NCBI GenBank assembly: GCA_024276825.1 | Contig: JAJRWI010000064.1 | Location: 1-31,093, forward strand | Direction: 5' to 3' | Length of the DNA stretch: 31,093 nt | Origin: an archaeon | GTDB lineage: Archaea; Asgardarchaeota; Thorarchaeia; Thorarchaeales; Thorarchaeaceae | Shown here: positions 16,201 to 22,907 of the stretch, piece after piece | Numbering within the stretch: the stretch's first letter is position 1 | Layout of the letters: each line of letters opens with the position of its first letter | Translations under genes and position numbers: made by a program | The notes under the pieces: model-generated | Told to the model about the DNA's origin: nothing | The model's database searches: none | The model's input: only the letters and a program-made list of their open reading frames with translations

Positions 16201-18974
16201 TTCAGGAACTTAGCACATTGAGTTTCTCATCTCATCGCTTTGAAGACATGGCCTTGTCAGGCACTACGATTTATCTTGCTGATCAATACAATGGAATCAG
16301 ATTCATTAATGTTTCAGATGTTAGTAATCCGAAAGAGTATTTCAATGAGTCAATATCAGTACCAATGACATCTGTTTTTGTGTTAGATTCGTATGTATTT
16401 GGAGCGTACTACTCAAATGCCTATATCTACAATGTGTCTGATTCTGTCCAGAGAATCGCCAAGTTCTCAAAGTCTACAAACATCATTGATTTCACCTACA
16501 TCAACGACTTGGGCTACATGTTGCAGGAAGACTATGGTCTATTGATCTTGACTATGTCTGAAAAAGTCCAGCCTTACATCCTTAATGAAATCGAATATAT
16601 TGGAAATTGCAAGGGCATCTCATATGATAATGGAATCATCTATGTCTATCACGATTCTTCCACATTGTCAATGTATAATCTCTCTGACCTCTCCGCCGAC
16701 CCAATATTATACAACATTAATAATCCTCGTGATCTGAAGGTGAGAGATTCAATTGGCTATGTTCTCTCAGAAACCAGCCTTTTTATTGTCAACTTTACCA
16801 ACCTGCATAATCCCTCTATTATCCATGAGTTGCCTCTGGGTCATTATGGACTCTCATTATGGCTGTCTGATGATTTTGCCTATATTATCACAACAAGCTA
16901 TTACCTATATGCTGTCAATCTCACTGATTACTCAACTAATATGTATAATATACAATCCTCTCGATTTGTGATGGGGCACATGGATAGCCTCTATGTAGCT
17001 ACATATGCAGATAGTATCAGGCGCTATGATATCTCAACTCCAGAATCCCCCTCATTTGTAAGCGAATACCCCATATCCGATGACATAGCTGCTGTGAATA
17101 TTGTTTCTAATTATCTGTTCATCTCAAGCAGCAATTATCTGACAATTTTGACTCTGAGTCTTAATTTCGTGAATCGAATAACATTGAACTACTATTATTC
17201 ACATCGCCCTACGATTGATGAAAATTGCATGTATATGCCTGAAATTTCTGGTGAGTTCGTTCTGTACAATATGTCCAACCCTGCAAATCCAAACCTCATG
17301 AATCTCATTGCCAATAATTATTCAATGGATTATACGCTTATGGCAGAGGGGTATATTGTAGCCACATCTATGTATCATGGCCTGTGGATTTTCGAACATG
17401 ATTTTGATAATGATGGTGCATACTCTCATGATGAATACATATATGGCACAGATTCGTATGACCCTGACACCGATTCAGACCAGATGCCTGATGGCTGGGA
17501 AATCCAATATGGCCTGGACCCACTGGTCAATGATGCCTTTGCTGACCACGATGGAGATGGGCTGAGAAACTATGATGAGTACCTATATGGCACGAATCCA
17601 GCAAATGAAGACACTGACTCTGATGGTCTGAATGACTATGACGAGATTCTTCTCTATTTCACTGACCCAACCAATCCTGATACAGACTTTGATCAGCTCA
17701 CAGACTATGATGAAGTGGTCACATATCAGACTGACCCTCTTTCACCCGATACTGATGATGATGGTCTCTCAGATGGCGATGAGGTTCTCACTTATGGCAC
17801 AGACCCCAATGATTCCGATACTGATTCGGACCAGATGCCTGATGGCTGGGAAGTCAACAACACATTGAATCCACTGGTTGATGACAGTGCCGGAGATCCA
17901 GATGTTGATGAACTGGCGAACTTAGGCGAATACTTAGCAGGAACTGACCCACATGACAATGATACTGATGATGACCTTATGCCTGACGGATATGAGGTTC
18001 AGAATGGACTTGACCCTCTTACTAATGATGCCGCACTTGACAATGATAATGATGGCTTGACGAATTTCTTTGAGTATCAAATTGGCACAAACCCAGTAGA
18101 TGAAGACACTGACTCTGATGGAATGAGTGATGGCTGGGAGGTGGCCAACAATCTTAATCCCCTGAGCTATGATGCACATGAAGATCCCGATGGCGATATG
18201 TTAATGAACTTTCAAGAATTCCAATTTGGCACTAATCCTCACGATTCCGATACTGATGGCGACTCGCTGAGTGATTATAATGAGATCTTTATATACAACA
18301 CAGATCCAACAGACTCAGACACCGATGGTGATGGTCTCACCGATTATCAAGAAGTCAAGGTATATGACACAGACCCATTAGTTTCTGACACTGATGGAGA
18401 TGGTCTCTCAGACTATGATGAGATCTTTTCTTATGGCTCCTCACCACTGGTTGCAGACACTGATGGAGATGGTCTTACAGATTACGAAGAGGTCATTACA
18501 TACAACACGGACCCAACTAATGTTGATACTGATGGTGATGGATACACGGACTATTGGGAGATCATGAATGGTTTTGATCCAAACAATCCCTCTGTGGACT
18601 TGGTTCAGATAATGGCTTCATCTGGAGGACTAATAATAGGACTTATCGCCGCTGCTCTTCTTGCAATTCCAACTATCGATATTATTCGAAAGCGTATCAA
18701 GACCAAAGAGATTCGTAATCTGAAGAGTCTTGAACGAACATGTGTGAAGTTGATTGAAGAATTAGCCAAAATTAACAGAGGCGAGAGTTCTCTCGAACCT
18801 GAGGAGATTCCGCTGCGAGTTCAAGAGATAAATGAACAAGCCACTCAACTCTTGAAAGAGATTGAATCAAGACTCCTTGCTGAAGACCGTAACGCCAATA
18901 TCTCAAAGATCGAGCTTCTTAGATTAAGGCTAGAAACTGAATACGACCAAGCTGTTGAGAATTGGGGCGAGTAA
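10293..18974 (+). CDS. Giant type I membrane surface glycoprotein: LVIVD beta-propeller array + Ca-binding TSP3-like stalk + TM + cytoplasmic helical tail
   Basis: 2893-aa uninterrupted ORF. Signal peptide MKIQRFSISLLVLAIMFFSG; about 42-aa repeats (Y.YVA....GL.I.DVSDP..P); DTDGDGL.D.EE....TDP repeats; TM GGLIIGLIAAALLAIPTI followed by RKRIK. Confidence 0.93.
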   Translation: MKIQRFSISLLVLAIMFFSGPVSTPAIIESAKLSNDNLSLKGSSIVSVDDDFRSVANWSYGRYHALFVSYPLAYVGHGHILSVHDVSNPLNIQNVSEIWLPQVIIDVFISGSYAFVSLEDWKWCIVDISNLHNLVIVGTFPAEELFSQIIVSGNYVFLSYYDGVYIYDVSKPTSPLLISSISVNDIHRIRIIDSTLYILSDSLMLYDVSDPTNPSLIIELHYSGECFKDLAIRDNICYVLSLYNGVYQFDISDLESISLIRTFEISYPSQIQIVDDVAYVSQQSGKLYVYSISSINDFSFLEGNDEFISIADFWVEGSYAYIVDSNLGFSVLNMTNINSPTVLSTSYSPDTLYDIEISGDIIYGADYDYGLVIYNVSDPTAPMKIYHQDTFGEFIKISLKESYLYAGTSDGNLKIFDVSDPHSITKVYEQGFGVLNALYVLGNYLYVSSLNSLYIFDISTEYSPSIVSAYTANGAIYDVYISGSFAYLACSNGLEIVDISILSNPIYGGFYPSNRVYSVHVDNDYAYLAMGSNGIYIVDVSNHADLSLLASGSTTNARSLTYANNLLFVADGTYGIRIFDVRDQMSPVEIDSLTLSGDCRDLVINGDYLYAANYDYGLRVVNITNIGSVTEISKGFPYDKYYRIRKMDDLAFVSSMGGGYSIYNVSDPSCPDLIYWTPDISSWIVEPIDLNTIAVGADNGLTIYDISDLDRLMKLSSMLSTRINDIVIQNNLMYVTTTSSMFYVYDITNPSNPLILDSIYLESCSQIYLAGSNAFVTQSFSFSIIDVSDLSNIAIRGEYDLPKYARDITVRNNLCAIALDARGVMLYDCSNIDSLKFISFVRYANTYSVAFDETRPDEMLLYVSATTQGIMVVNVSDMYHPFTTESYSMSSSTIYDVLPIGNYIYFVNYQYGLHILEKRLPFGPFKTTELFSDYQPKSIDSDGSTIVLADGANGLVLFDATNISVPRFVSRTRSFSNAVDVKINGSTVFVADQYLGLIILDISSPQDIAIIGYLPLTSYSQCLVQDGSRIYVGTSGGFKIVDITDISNPTILGSSTSFNCQGIDAEGNYVYIASGSDDIYYIFEVSDPSSIQQLTSQSSAHQTRDVLIDNNILYVSEMNGGISVVNVSDPSSPQNIGYAQTNTTPSYSKMDIAGDTLIVASDSQTIYFVNVSSKTSPVIYKELTFSYSSYDVSANDSFVFLAADFIGIIVVNITKPVTPNICSATDRPEISGIAFRDNIAFITDSNNGLFILNVTNSNNAQIISSVWLEKPAIDISVLDNVAMISCGYDGYYSIDVSDLENPQIADHEDTVEFVYEIAINGSYAFVANGNDGLRILNITDIHNITFVNSISGFFVYSVSVNSNLVYLGCSDGFRVVNATDLSNLQVIYYSSSVGNTRDVFIEGAYAYLASTTNGVFIFDISISSNIQQIGSIASIGNCQYIYVVNSTAYVAADAVELLFINVSNKSEPTLINSYNDSGSPDAIAFHYNSVYLPLLYYSLSVIPVNDPYNIREVGFYDTPYDILDIYSTLNYAFIADSDNGLVIVDVSDPNIPKLESYFSIDSITCVWANESLAVCGSLSTIYILNITDKTNPTLISTYSQSSNDVLIEGNLMFIASSSLDLIIVNISDLTSPTFVSSLSVSGMGNSLAVSNDFVFLATANSGLSVVNITDVKNPSEVKHITISATDPHVCIDDTGLFLYYASGTNGISVFNITDPVNASQTYSDSSGVNYIDVTFNGDSIFIPNGYDGITIYDVSNRSSPIYMTRSFTESGYKYAIHSSNNLAFVSSSDYGMLVFNITNIYGISFLAVNAQPNNPKGMAIVGDTAYVCDASEGVYIYNISVPSTPQFMRKMYFENTLANIFVYQDFLFVMQESNGFYIYNITDSLSPALITFYQLAGTLYDMSFDNDLAYVLRSSSIAVINITEIEHPILIGTHSLSNTPSRIIVNSNIAYVCEKYYDFYIFDVSDPTSFQELSTLSFSSHRFEDMALSGTTIYLADQYNGIRFINVSDVSNPKEYFNESISVPMTSVFVLDSYVFGAYYSNAYIYNVSDSVQRIAKFSKSTNIIDFTYINDLGYMLQEDYGLLILTMSEKVQPYILNEIEYIGNCKGISYDNGIIYVYHDSSTLSMYNLSDLSADPILYNINNPRDLKVRDSIGYVLSETSLFIVNFTNLHNPSIIHELPLGHYGLSLWLSDDFAYIITTSYYLYAVNLTDYSTNMYNIQSSRFVMGHMDSLYVATYADSIRRYDISTPESPSFVSEYPISDDIAAVNIVSNYLFISSSNYLTILTLSLNFVNRITLNYYYSHRPTIDENCMYMPEISGEFVLYNMSNPANPNLMNLIANNYSMDYTLMAEGYIVATSMYHGLWIFEHDFDNDGAYSHDEYIYGTDSYDPDTDSDQMPDGWEIQYGLDPLVNDAFADHDGDGLRNYDEYLYGTNPANEDTDSDGLNDYDEILLYFTDPTNPDTDFDQLTDYDEVVTYQTDPLSPDTDDDGLSDGDEVLTYGTDPNDSDTDSDQMPDGWEVNNTLNPLVDDSAGDPDVDELANLGEYLAGTDPHDNDTDDDLMPDGYEVQNGLDPLTNDAALDNDNDGLTNFFEYQIGTNPVDEDTDSDGMSDGWEVANNLNPLSYDAHEDPDGDMLMNFQEFQFGTNPHDSDTDGDSLSDYNEIFIYNTDPTDSDTDGDGLTDYQEVKVYDTDPLVSDTDGDGLSDYDEIFSYGSSPLVADTDGDGLTDYEEVITYNTDPTNVDTDGDGYTDYWEIMNGFDPNNPSVDLVQIMASSGGLIIGLIAAALLAIPTIDIIRKRIKTKEIRNLKSLERTCVKLIEELAKINRGESSLEPEEIPLRVQEINEQATQLLKEIESRLLAEDRNANISKIELLRLRLETEYDQAVENWGE
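10461..17399 (+). repeat. 56 LVIVD-type protein repeats (aa 57-2369)
   Basis: Counted by eye as 8 blocks of 7 repeats starting at aa 57, 348, 636, 932, 1225, 1517, 1811 and 2101. Confidence 0.85.
17400..18590 (+). repeat. 17 Asp-rich Ca-binding (bacterial TSP3-like) repeats
   Basis: Units DxDxDG[LM]xDxxExxx[G]T[DN]P of 22-26 aa, from DFDNDG to DTDGDGYTDYWEIMNGFDPNNP. Confidence 0.88.
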
Positions 18975-19023
18975 TAGCCTTGTTCAAGCCACAATCCTTA
19001 ATGGTCTATGCAACATGTGGACC

Positions 19024-20007
19024 ATGATGACAAAAGTAGAAAGAGTTCGAATCTCACTGGGCACTGCGATAAAGCTAGGTCTCGAACATGGCCCCAAATT
19101 GAAGAATTTCACTACATGCTTCTTTATGACCTATCACAAAAGCGGATGCATTGCAAATTGTGCCTTCTGTCCTCAATCAAGAGAAACTCACTCAGACTCC
19201 ATGTTGTCAAGAATCGAATGGCCAGTCTATCCTTTTAACGAAGTCATAGAACGGCTTGATGATCACAGCTTTGAACGATTCTGCATTCAGTGCTTGAATT
19301 ATCGTGGTGTAATCGATGATGCTGAACACATTGCAGGCAGACTTGCTGAGATCACAAATTCGCCAATCTCCGTTTGCATTCAGCCAATATCGGTGGATGA
19401 TATGATCCGCCTAAAAAATGCTGGAGTGCAAAATATTGGTATTGCATTAGATGCAGCAACACCCTTATTGTTTGATCAAATCAAGGGCAAGCATCGTCAT
19501 GGGCCTTATCGTTGGGAACACCATATCAAGGCCCTGCAGCAGGCTAGAGATGTCTTTGGCAAGGATAATGTCACCACACATCTTATAGTAGGACTTGGAG
19601 AGTCTGAACAAGATGCAGCTGAATTTCTCGTCAGAATGTATTCCGGTGGAATTCGTGTAGGTCTCTTTGCATTCACAAATATCGAGAACACAGCACTCGA
19701 AACCCAGTCGCCGCCCGATCTTCATGTATATCGAAGAATTCAGACTCTTAGATATTTATTGCATAACAAGTTGATATCTCCCAATCAGGTGCAATTCTCG
19801 AATGATGGACGCATAACTTTTGCAGTGGACAGAGACTGGTTAAGAGAAACCTTATCTTCGGGATTTGCTTTTCAAGTGTCAGGATGCCTTGGTTGTAATC
19901 GACCATATTATAATGAACGCCCTTCGGGTCCAATGTACAACTACCCGCATCCATTAAGTGCTGAAGAAATTGAAAAAGCAATAGATGAAACCGAGCTGAT
20001 GAAATAA
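19024..20007 (+). CDS. lipS2: Radical SAM lipoyl synthase subunit LipS2 (biotin synthase-like)
   Basis: CxxxCxxC (CIANCAFCPQ), LSRIEWP, THLIVGLGE, and C-terminal SGCLGCNRPYYNERP fitting the LipS2 TxGCPxC(N/D)RP motif; adjacent to lplA/lplB. ORF opens at 18955, but ATG 19024/19027 is more plausible. Confidence 0.85.
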   Translation: MMTKVERVRISLGTAIKLGLEHGPKLKNFTTCFFMTYHKSGCIANCAFCPQSRETHSDSMLSRIEWPVYPFNEVIERLDDHSFERFCIQCLNYRGVIDDAEHIAGRLAEITNSPISVCIQPISVDDMIRLKNAGVQNIGIALDAATPLLFDQIKGKHRHGPYRWEHHIKALQQARDVFGKDNVTTHLIVGLGESEQDAAEFLVRMYSGGIRVGLFAFTNIENTALETQSPPDLHVYRRIQTLRYLLHNKLISPNQVQFSNDGRITFAVDRDWLRETLSSGFAFQVSGCLGCNRPYYNERPSGPMYNYPHPLSAEEIEKAIDETELMK

Positions 20008-20777
20008 TGCCGCACTCCATTCGACTCCTTGAGTTTGCGACACAGAATGCTCCTATGAATATGGCTACTGATGAGAGCATTATGAAGCATATGGCTAAAG
20101 GAAATGCCCCACCAACATTACGATTCTACCGCTGGAATCCCTCCGCGGTATCCATTGGTGTCTTTCAGGGAATGACCGAAGAGGTCGACCTCGACTATTG
20201 TAGGGACAATGGAATCGACTATGTGAGAAGAATCACTGGAGGTGGAGCTGTCTACCACGATTATAACGGTGAGATAACATATAGTATAATCCTGCCAAAG
20301 GATCATCCTCTGGTCAAGCCAAGCATTATAGAGTCCTACAAGTCTTTATGCAGTGGGATCATTGAGGGCTTGGCAAATCTTGGAATAGATGCAGAGTTTC
20401 GTCCCATCAATGATATTGTTGTAGGTGAGAAGAAGATCTCAGGTAATGCACAGACCAGACGCTATTCTTGCATGCTTCAACATGGAACTATTCTTCTGGA
20501 CTTGGATGTGGAGACTATGTTTTCTGTGCTTAAGGTCCCAAAGGAGAAGATTTCTGACAAGATGATCTCTGATGTGAATGAACGTGTGACCTCTGTGCGG
20601 GATCTTCTGGGAGAGGGGATTTCCTTTGATGATTTGTACAATGCTCTTGTTTCTGGCTTTTCAAAAGGACTGGATCTTGAAATAGAACAGGGGGTTCTCA
20701 GCCAAAGCGAGAAAGAAATGGTCGAGTCCTTAATTGAGAGCAGATATGCTTCTGATGAATGGAATCTGTCGAGGTGA
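20007..20777 (+). CDS. lplA: Lipoate/octanoate-protein ligase, catalytic domain
   Basis: NMATDE, PTLRFYRW, RRITGGGAVYHD, KKISGNAQ, QHGTI. TAATG coupling to lipS2. Confidence 0.95.
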   Translation: MPHSIRLLEFATQNAPMNMATDESIMKHMAKGNAPPTLRFYRWNPSAVSIGVFQGMTEEVDLDYCRDNGIDYVRRITGGGAVYHDYNGEITYSIILPKDHPLVKPSIIESYKSLCSGIIEGLANLGIDAEFRPINDIVVGEKKISGNAQTRRYSCMLQHGTILLDLDVETMFSVLKVPKEKISDKMISDVNERVTSVRDLLGEGISFDDLYNALVSGFSKGLDLEIEQGVLSQSEKEMVESLIESRYASDEWNLSR

Positions 20778-20781
20778 ATCA

Positions 20782-21069
20782 ATGTTAAAGAGCACTTACA
20801 AAGTGGCAGGCGGCAAGATGGTGAAGATCAAGCTTGATGTTCAAGACAACAAGATCTCCCGGATTGTGATAATGGGGGACTTCTTTATGCACCCTGAAGA
20901 TGCGCTACCAGAACTTGAGAAGTATCTTGTAAGCACTGAAGTCTCAACAGTTTCATTGACTCGTAGAATAGCAACATTTCTTGAAAAGAATAATGTCCTA
21001 GTTGTTGGTGTCACTCCAGGTGATTTTGCTGAAGCCATAATGCTAGCAGTAGGTTTCTCACAAAAGTGA
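20782..21069 (+). CDS. lplB: Lipoate-protein ligase accessory (C-terminal) domain as a separate subunit
   Basis: YKVAGGK...I.GDFFMHPEDAL.ELE..L. GAGGTGA SD at 20771-20777 precedes ATG 20782. Confidence 0.9.
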   Translation: MLKSTYKVAGGKMVKIKLDVQDNKISRIVIMGDFFMHPEDALPELEKYLVSTEVSTVSLTRRIATFLEKNNVLVVGVTPGDFAEAIMLAVGFSQK

Positions 21070-21102
21070 TATAGGTAATTGCACATCGATTCACTGATTG
21101 AA

Positions 21103-21594
21103 ATGACAGTGGATCCAGAACTCCTTCAAGACAAGAAAGTCATGAAGACCCAAGAAAAGATTGAGAAATTGAAGAAAGACCTTGCAACTCTTGAACAAGA
21201 GCTTCAGGAGAAGGAGAGCAGTCAGGACAGAGAGATTGAACAACTTCGCATTGAAGAAAAGTCGAAATTAGAAGCCTACGAATCATTATTAAAACAGGTC
21301 CGAAAGGCCGAAGAGGACTGGAAGTTCACTAGAAAGGCACTAAAGAAAGCAGAGAAAAAGAGAGAATCCGCCTTTAAGAAGCTGCGGAAAAAGGTGAAAG
21401 AGGTCAAAACGAAGATCAAATCACTTGAGAAAGCAAAGCAAAAACGCCTTAATGAACTTCAGAAAAAGCGCGAAAAAAAGGAACGCAAGGTTGAGGAAGC
21501 AAAACGAAAGAAGGAAGAGGAACTCGAGCGTAAGAAGCAGGAAGAACTTGCCCGGATTGAGAAAAAGAAACGAAAAGAGTTGGGCCTGGATTAA
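21103..21594 (+). CDS. Highly charged K/E/R-rich coiled-coil / single-alpha-helix protein
   Basis: ORF 21079..21594, ATG at 21103. Heptads in the N-half and ER/K-rich blocks in the C-half; almost no Pro or Gly. Confidence 0.8.
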   Translation: MTVDPELLQDKKVMKTQEKIEKLKKDLATLEQELQEKESSQDREIEQLRIEEKSKLEAYESLLKQVRKAEEDWKFTRKALKKAEKKRESAFKKLRKKVKEVKTKIKSLEKAKQKRLNELQKKREKKERKVEEAKRKKEEELERKKQEELARIEKKKRKELGLD

Positions 21595-21615
21595 CTGTCA
21601 GTGAGGGGAGAAAAG

Positions 21616-22599
21616 TTGAATGCATACTTTACAATCGTGTTTCTGGCCATAGTTCTATTCTTTGTCATGTGGGGCCTTGGATGGTTTCTAGAAAGACTAT
21701 CAAGAAGAGAATTAAGAGTAACAAGAGATTACGGTTCACGTGTCTGGTATATTCTTGTTGGCATTGGAGTGGCACTTCATGAGTCATCCCATGCTTTGGG
21801 TTGCTTGTTTACAAGAACACCTATTGTGGAATTCAAGCCAATCAATGTGTCTCGTGAGGGGGATTATGTTGTCCTTGGCTATGTGAAATATCAGCGTCCT
21901 GACAGCGCGATTAAGAATGCAGTCATCAATCTTGCTCCTGTCGCAGTATCACTAACTCTTCTCACTTTCTTTACACTGGGAATAACCTATCTTGTGCCAG
22001 GGTCTACCGGACTTGGCGGTGCGGCTCTGAATCTCTTATCGGACCTTATCTATCTAAAGAGCAATCCTGTTCTTCTTGGAGATCCTCTTTATCCTCTAAT
22101 CCAAATTGGCTCGTTCATCTATACCTTCTTCTACACCTTCTCTCAACTCACCGTACTAAATCCATTGTTTTGGATTGTGGCTTTTTTGGCAATGACAATT
22201 ATGTTCTCAAATTCGCCATCTGATGTTGATATTAGCAATGCAAAGGTTGGACTAAAGTTCATAATGATATTCAATGCGATATGGCTGATTATTGCATTTT
22301 TCTTTCCTGCTGCGGGTTGGTTATTGTTTGGACTTTATGAATTGCTGGCTGTCATGTTTGCTCTTGGTGTGGTTTTTGCTGGCATTGGATATGGCTTCTT
22401 CTTCCTCATCACTGGCTTAACTAGATTGAAGACTCCATTTAACTTGTTTCCCATCATTGCCTGCCTTTTAACTGGTGGCATATTATGGTATCTTGCTATT
22501 GGAACGCCTGCCTTTCAAACGGTAGTTTCAATCTTCGTCTTTCTAACCATATTACTATTAATGCTGCAAGTCAAAGCATTCAGTGCTGTCAATTCATAA
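21616..22599 (+). CDS. Multi-pass membrane zinc metalloprotease-like protein (M50B/site-2-like)
   Basis: LHESSH (HExxH) at the end of a hydrophobic helix, LGYV beta-loop, LAP helix, and SPSDVD as a candidate third ligand; about 8-9 TM. TTG 21616 follows GAGGGGAG (ORF opens at 21601). Confidence 0.72.
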   Translation: MNAYFTIVFLAIVLFFVMWGLGWFLERLSRRELRVTRDYGSRVWYILVGIGVALHESSHALGCLFTRTPIVEFKPINVSREGDYVVLGYVKYQRPDSAIKNAVINLAPVAVSLTLLTFFTLGITYLVPGSTGLGGAALNLLSDLIYLKSNPVLLGDPLYPLIQIGSFIYTFFYTFSQLTVLNPLFWIVAFLAMTIMFSNSPSDVDISNAKVGLKFIMIFNAIWLIIAFFFPAAGWLLFGLYELLAVMFALGVVFAGIGYGFFFLITGLTRLKTPFNLFPIIACLLTGGILWYLAIGTPAFQTVVSIFVFLTILLLMLQVKAFSAVNS

Positions 22600-22781
22600 T
22601 CCGCTGAAACATTGCTATCAGGACTTATTCTTACAATCATATAGATTATGCATGAATATGGTGAACTTGGATGAAGCTGGATACTTGTTAGAAAGAGAAC
22701 TAATCAAGGATCTGAATTTATCCGAGTTTAGGTTTCACATGAAACTCACTCTTGAGATGTGCCCAGTGTCGTTTTTTGGGC

Positions 22782-22810
22782 GGACAGGACTTGCATGTCC
22801 AAGACTGTCC
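22782..22810. terminator. Possible hairpin between convergent genes
   Basis: GGACAG...CTGTCC outer stem with inner GAC-TTGCAT-GTC, followed by AATTAAAAATAAA (T-rich on the minus strand). Confidence 0.3.
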
Positions 22811-22907
22811 AATTAAAAATAAACGGTTAACTGCGGTATTCGTGAACAAGCTGCAATCAAATAGTTGTGATGGACCTTATTGCTAATAATGACATTTCGA
22901 CTGAAAC

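Noticed and set aside
17400-18590. Repetitive DNA as a possible CRISPR array or DGR template/variable repeat
   Set aside because: Repeats are in-frame coding units with no unique spacers, no adenine-specific mismatch pattern noticed, and no cas or reverse transcriptase gene.
22583-22816. 77-aa ORF between convergent genes
   Set aside because: Overlaps the upstream gene end, has no recognisable motif, and runs through a hairpin; probably spurious.
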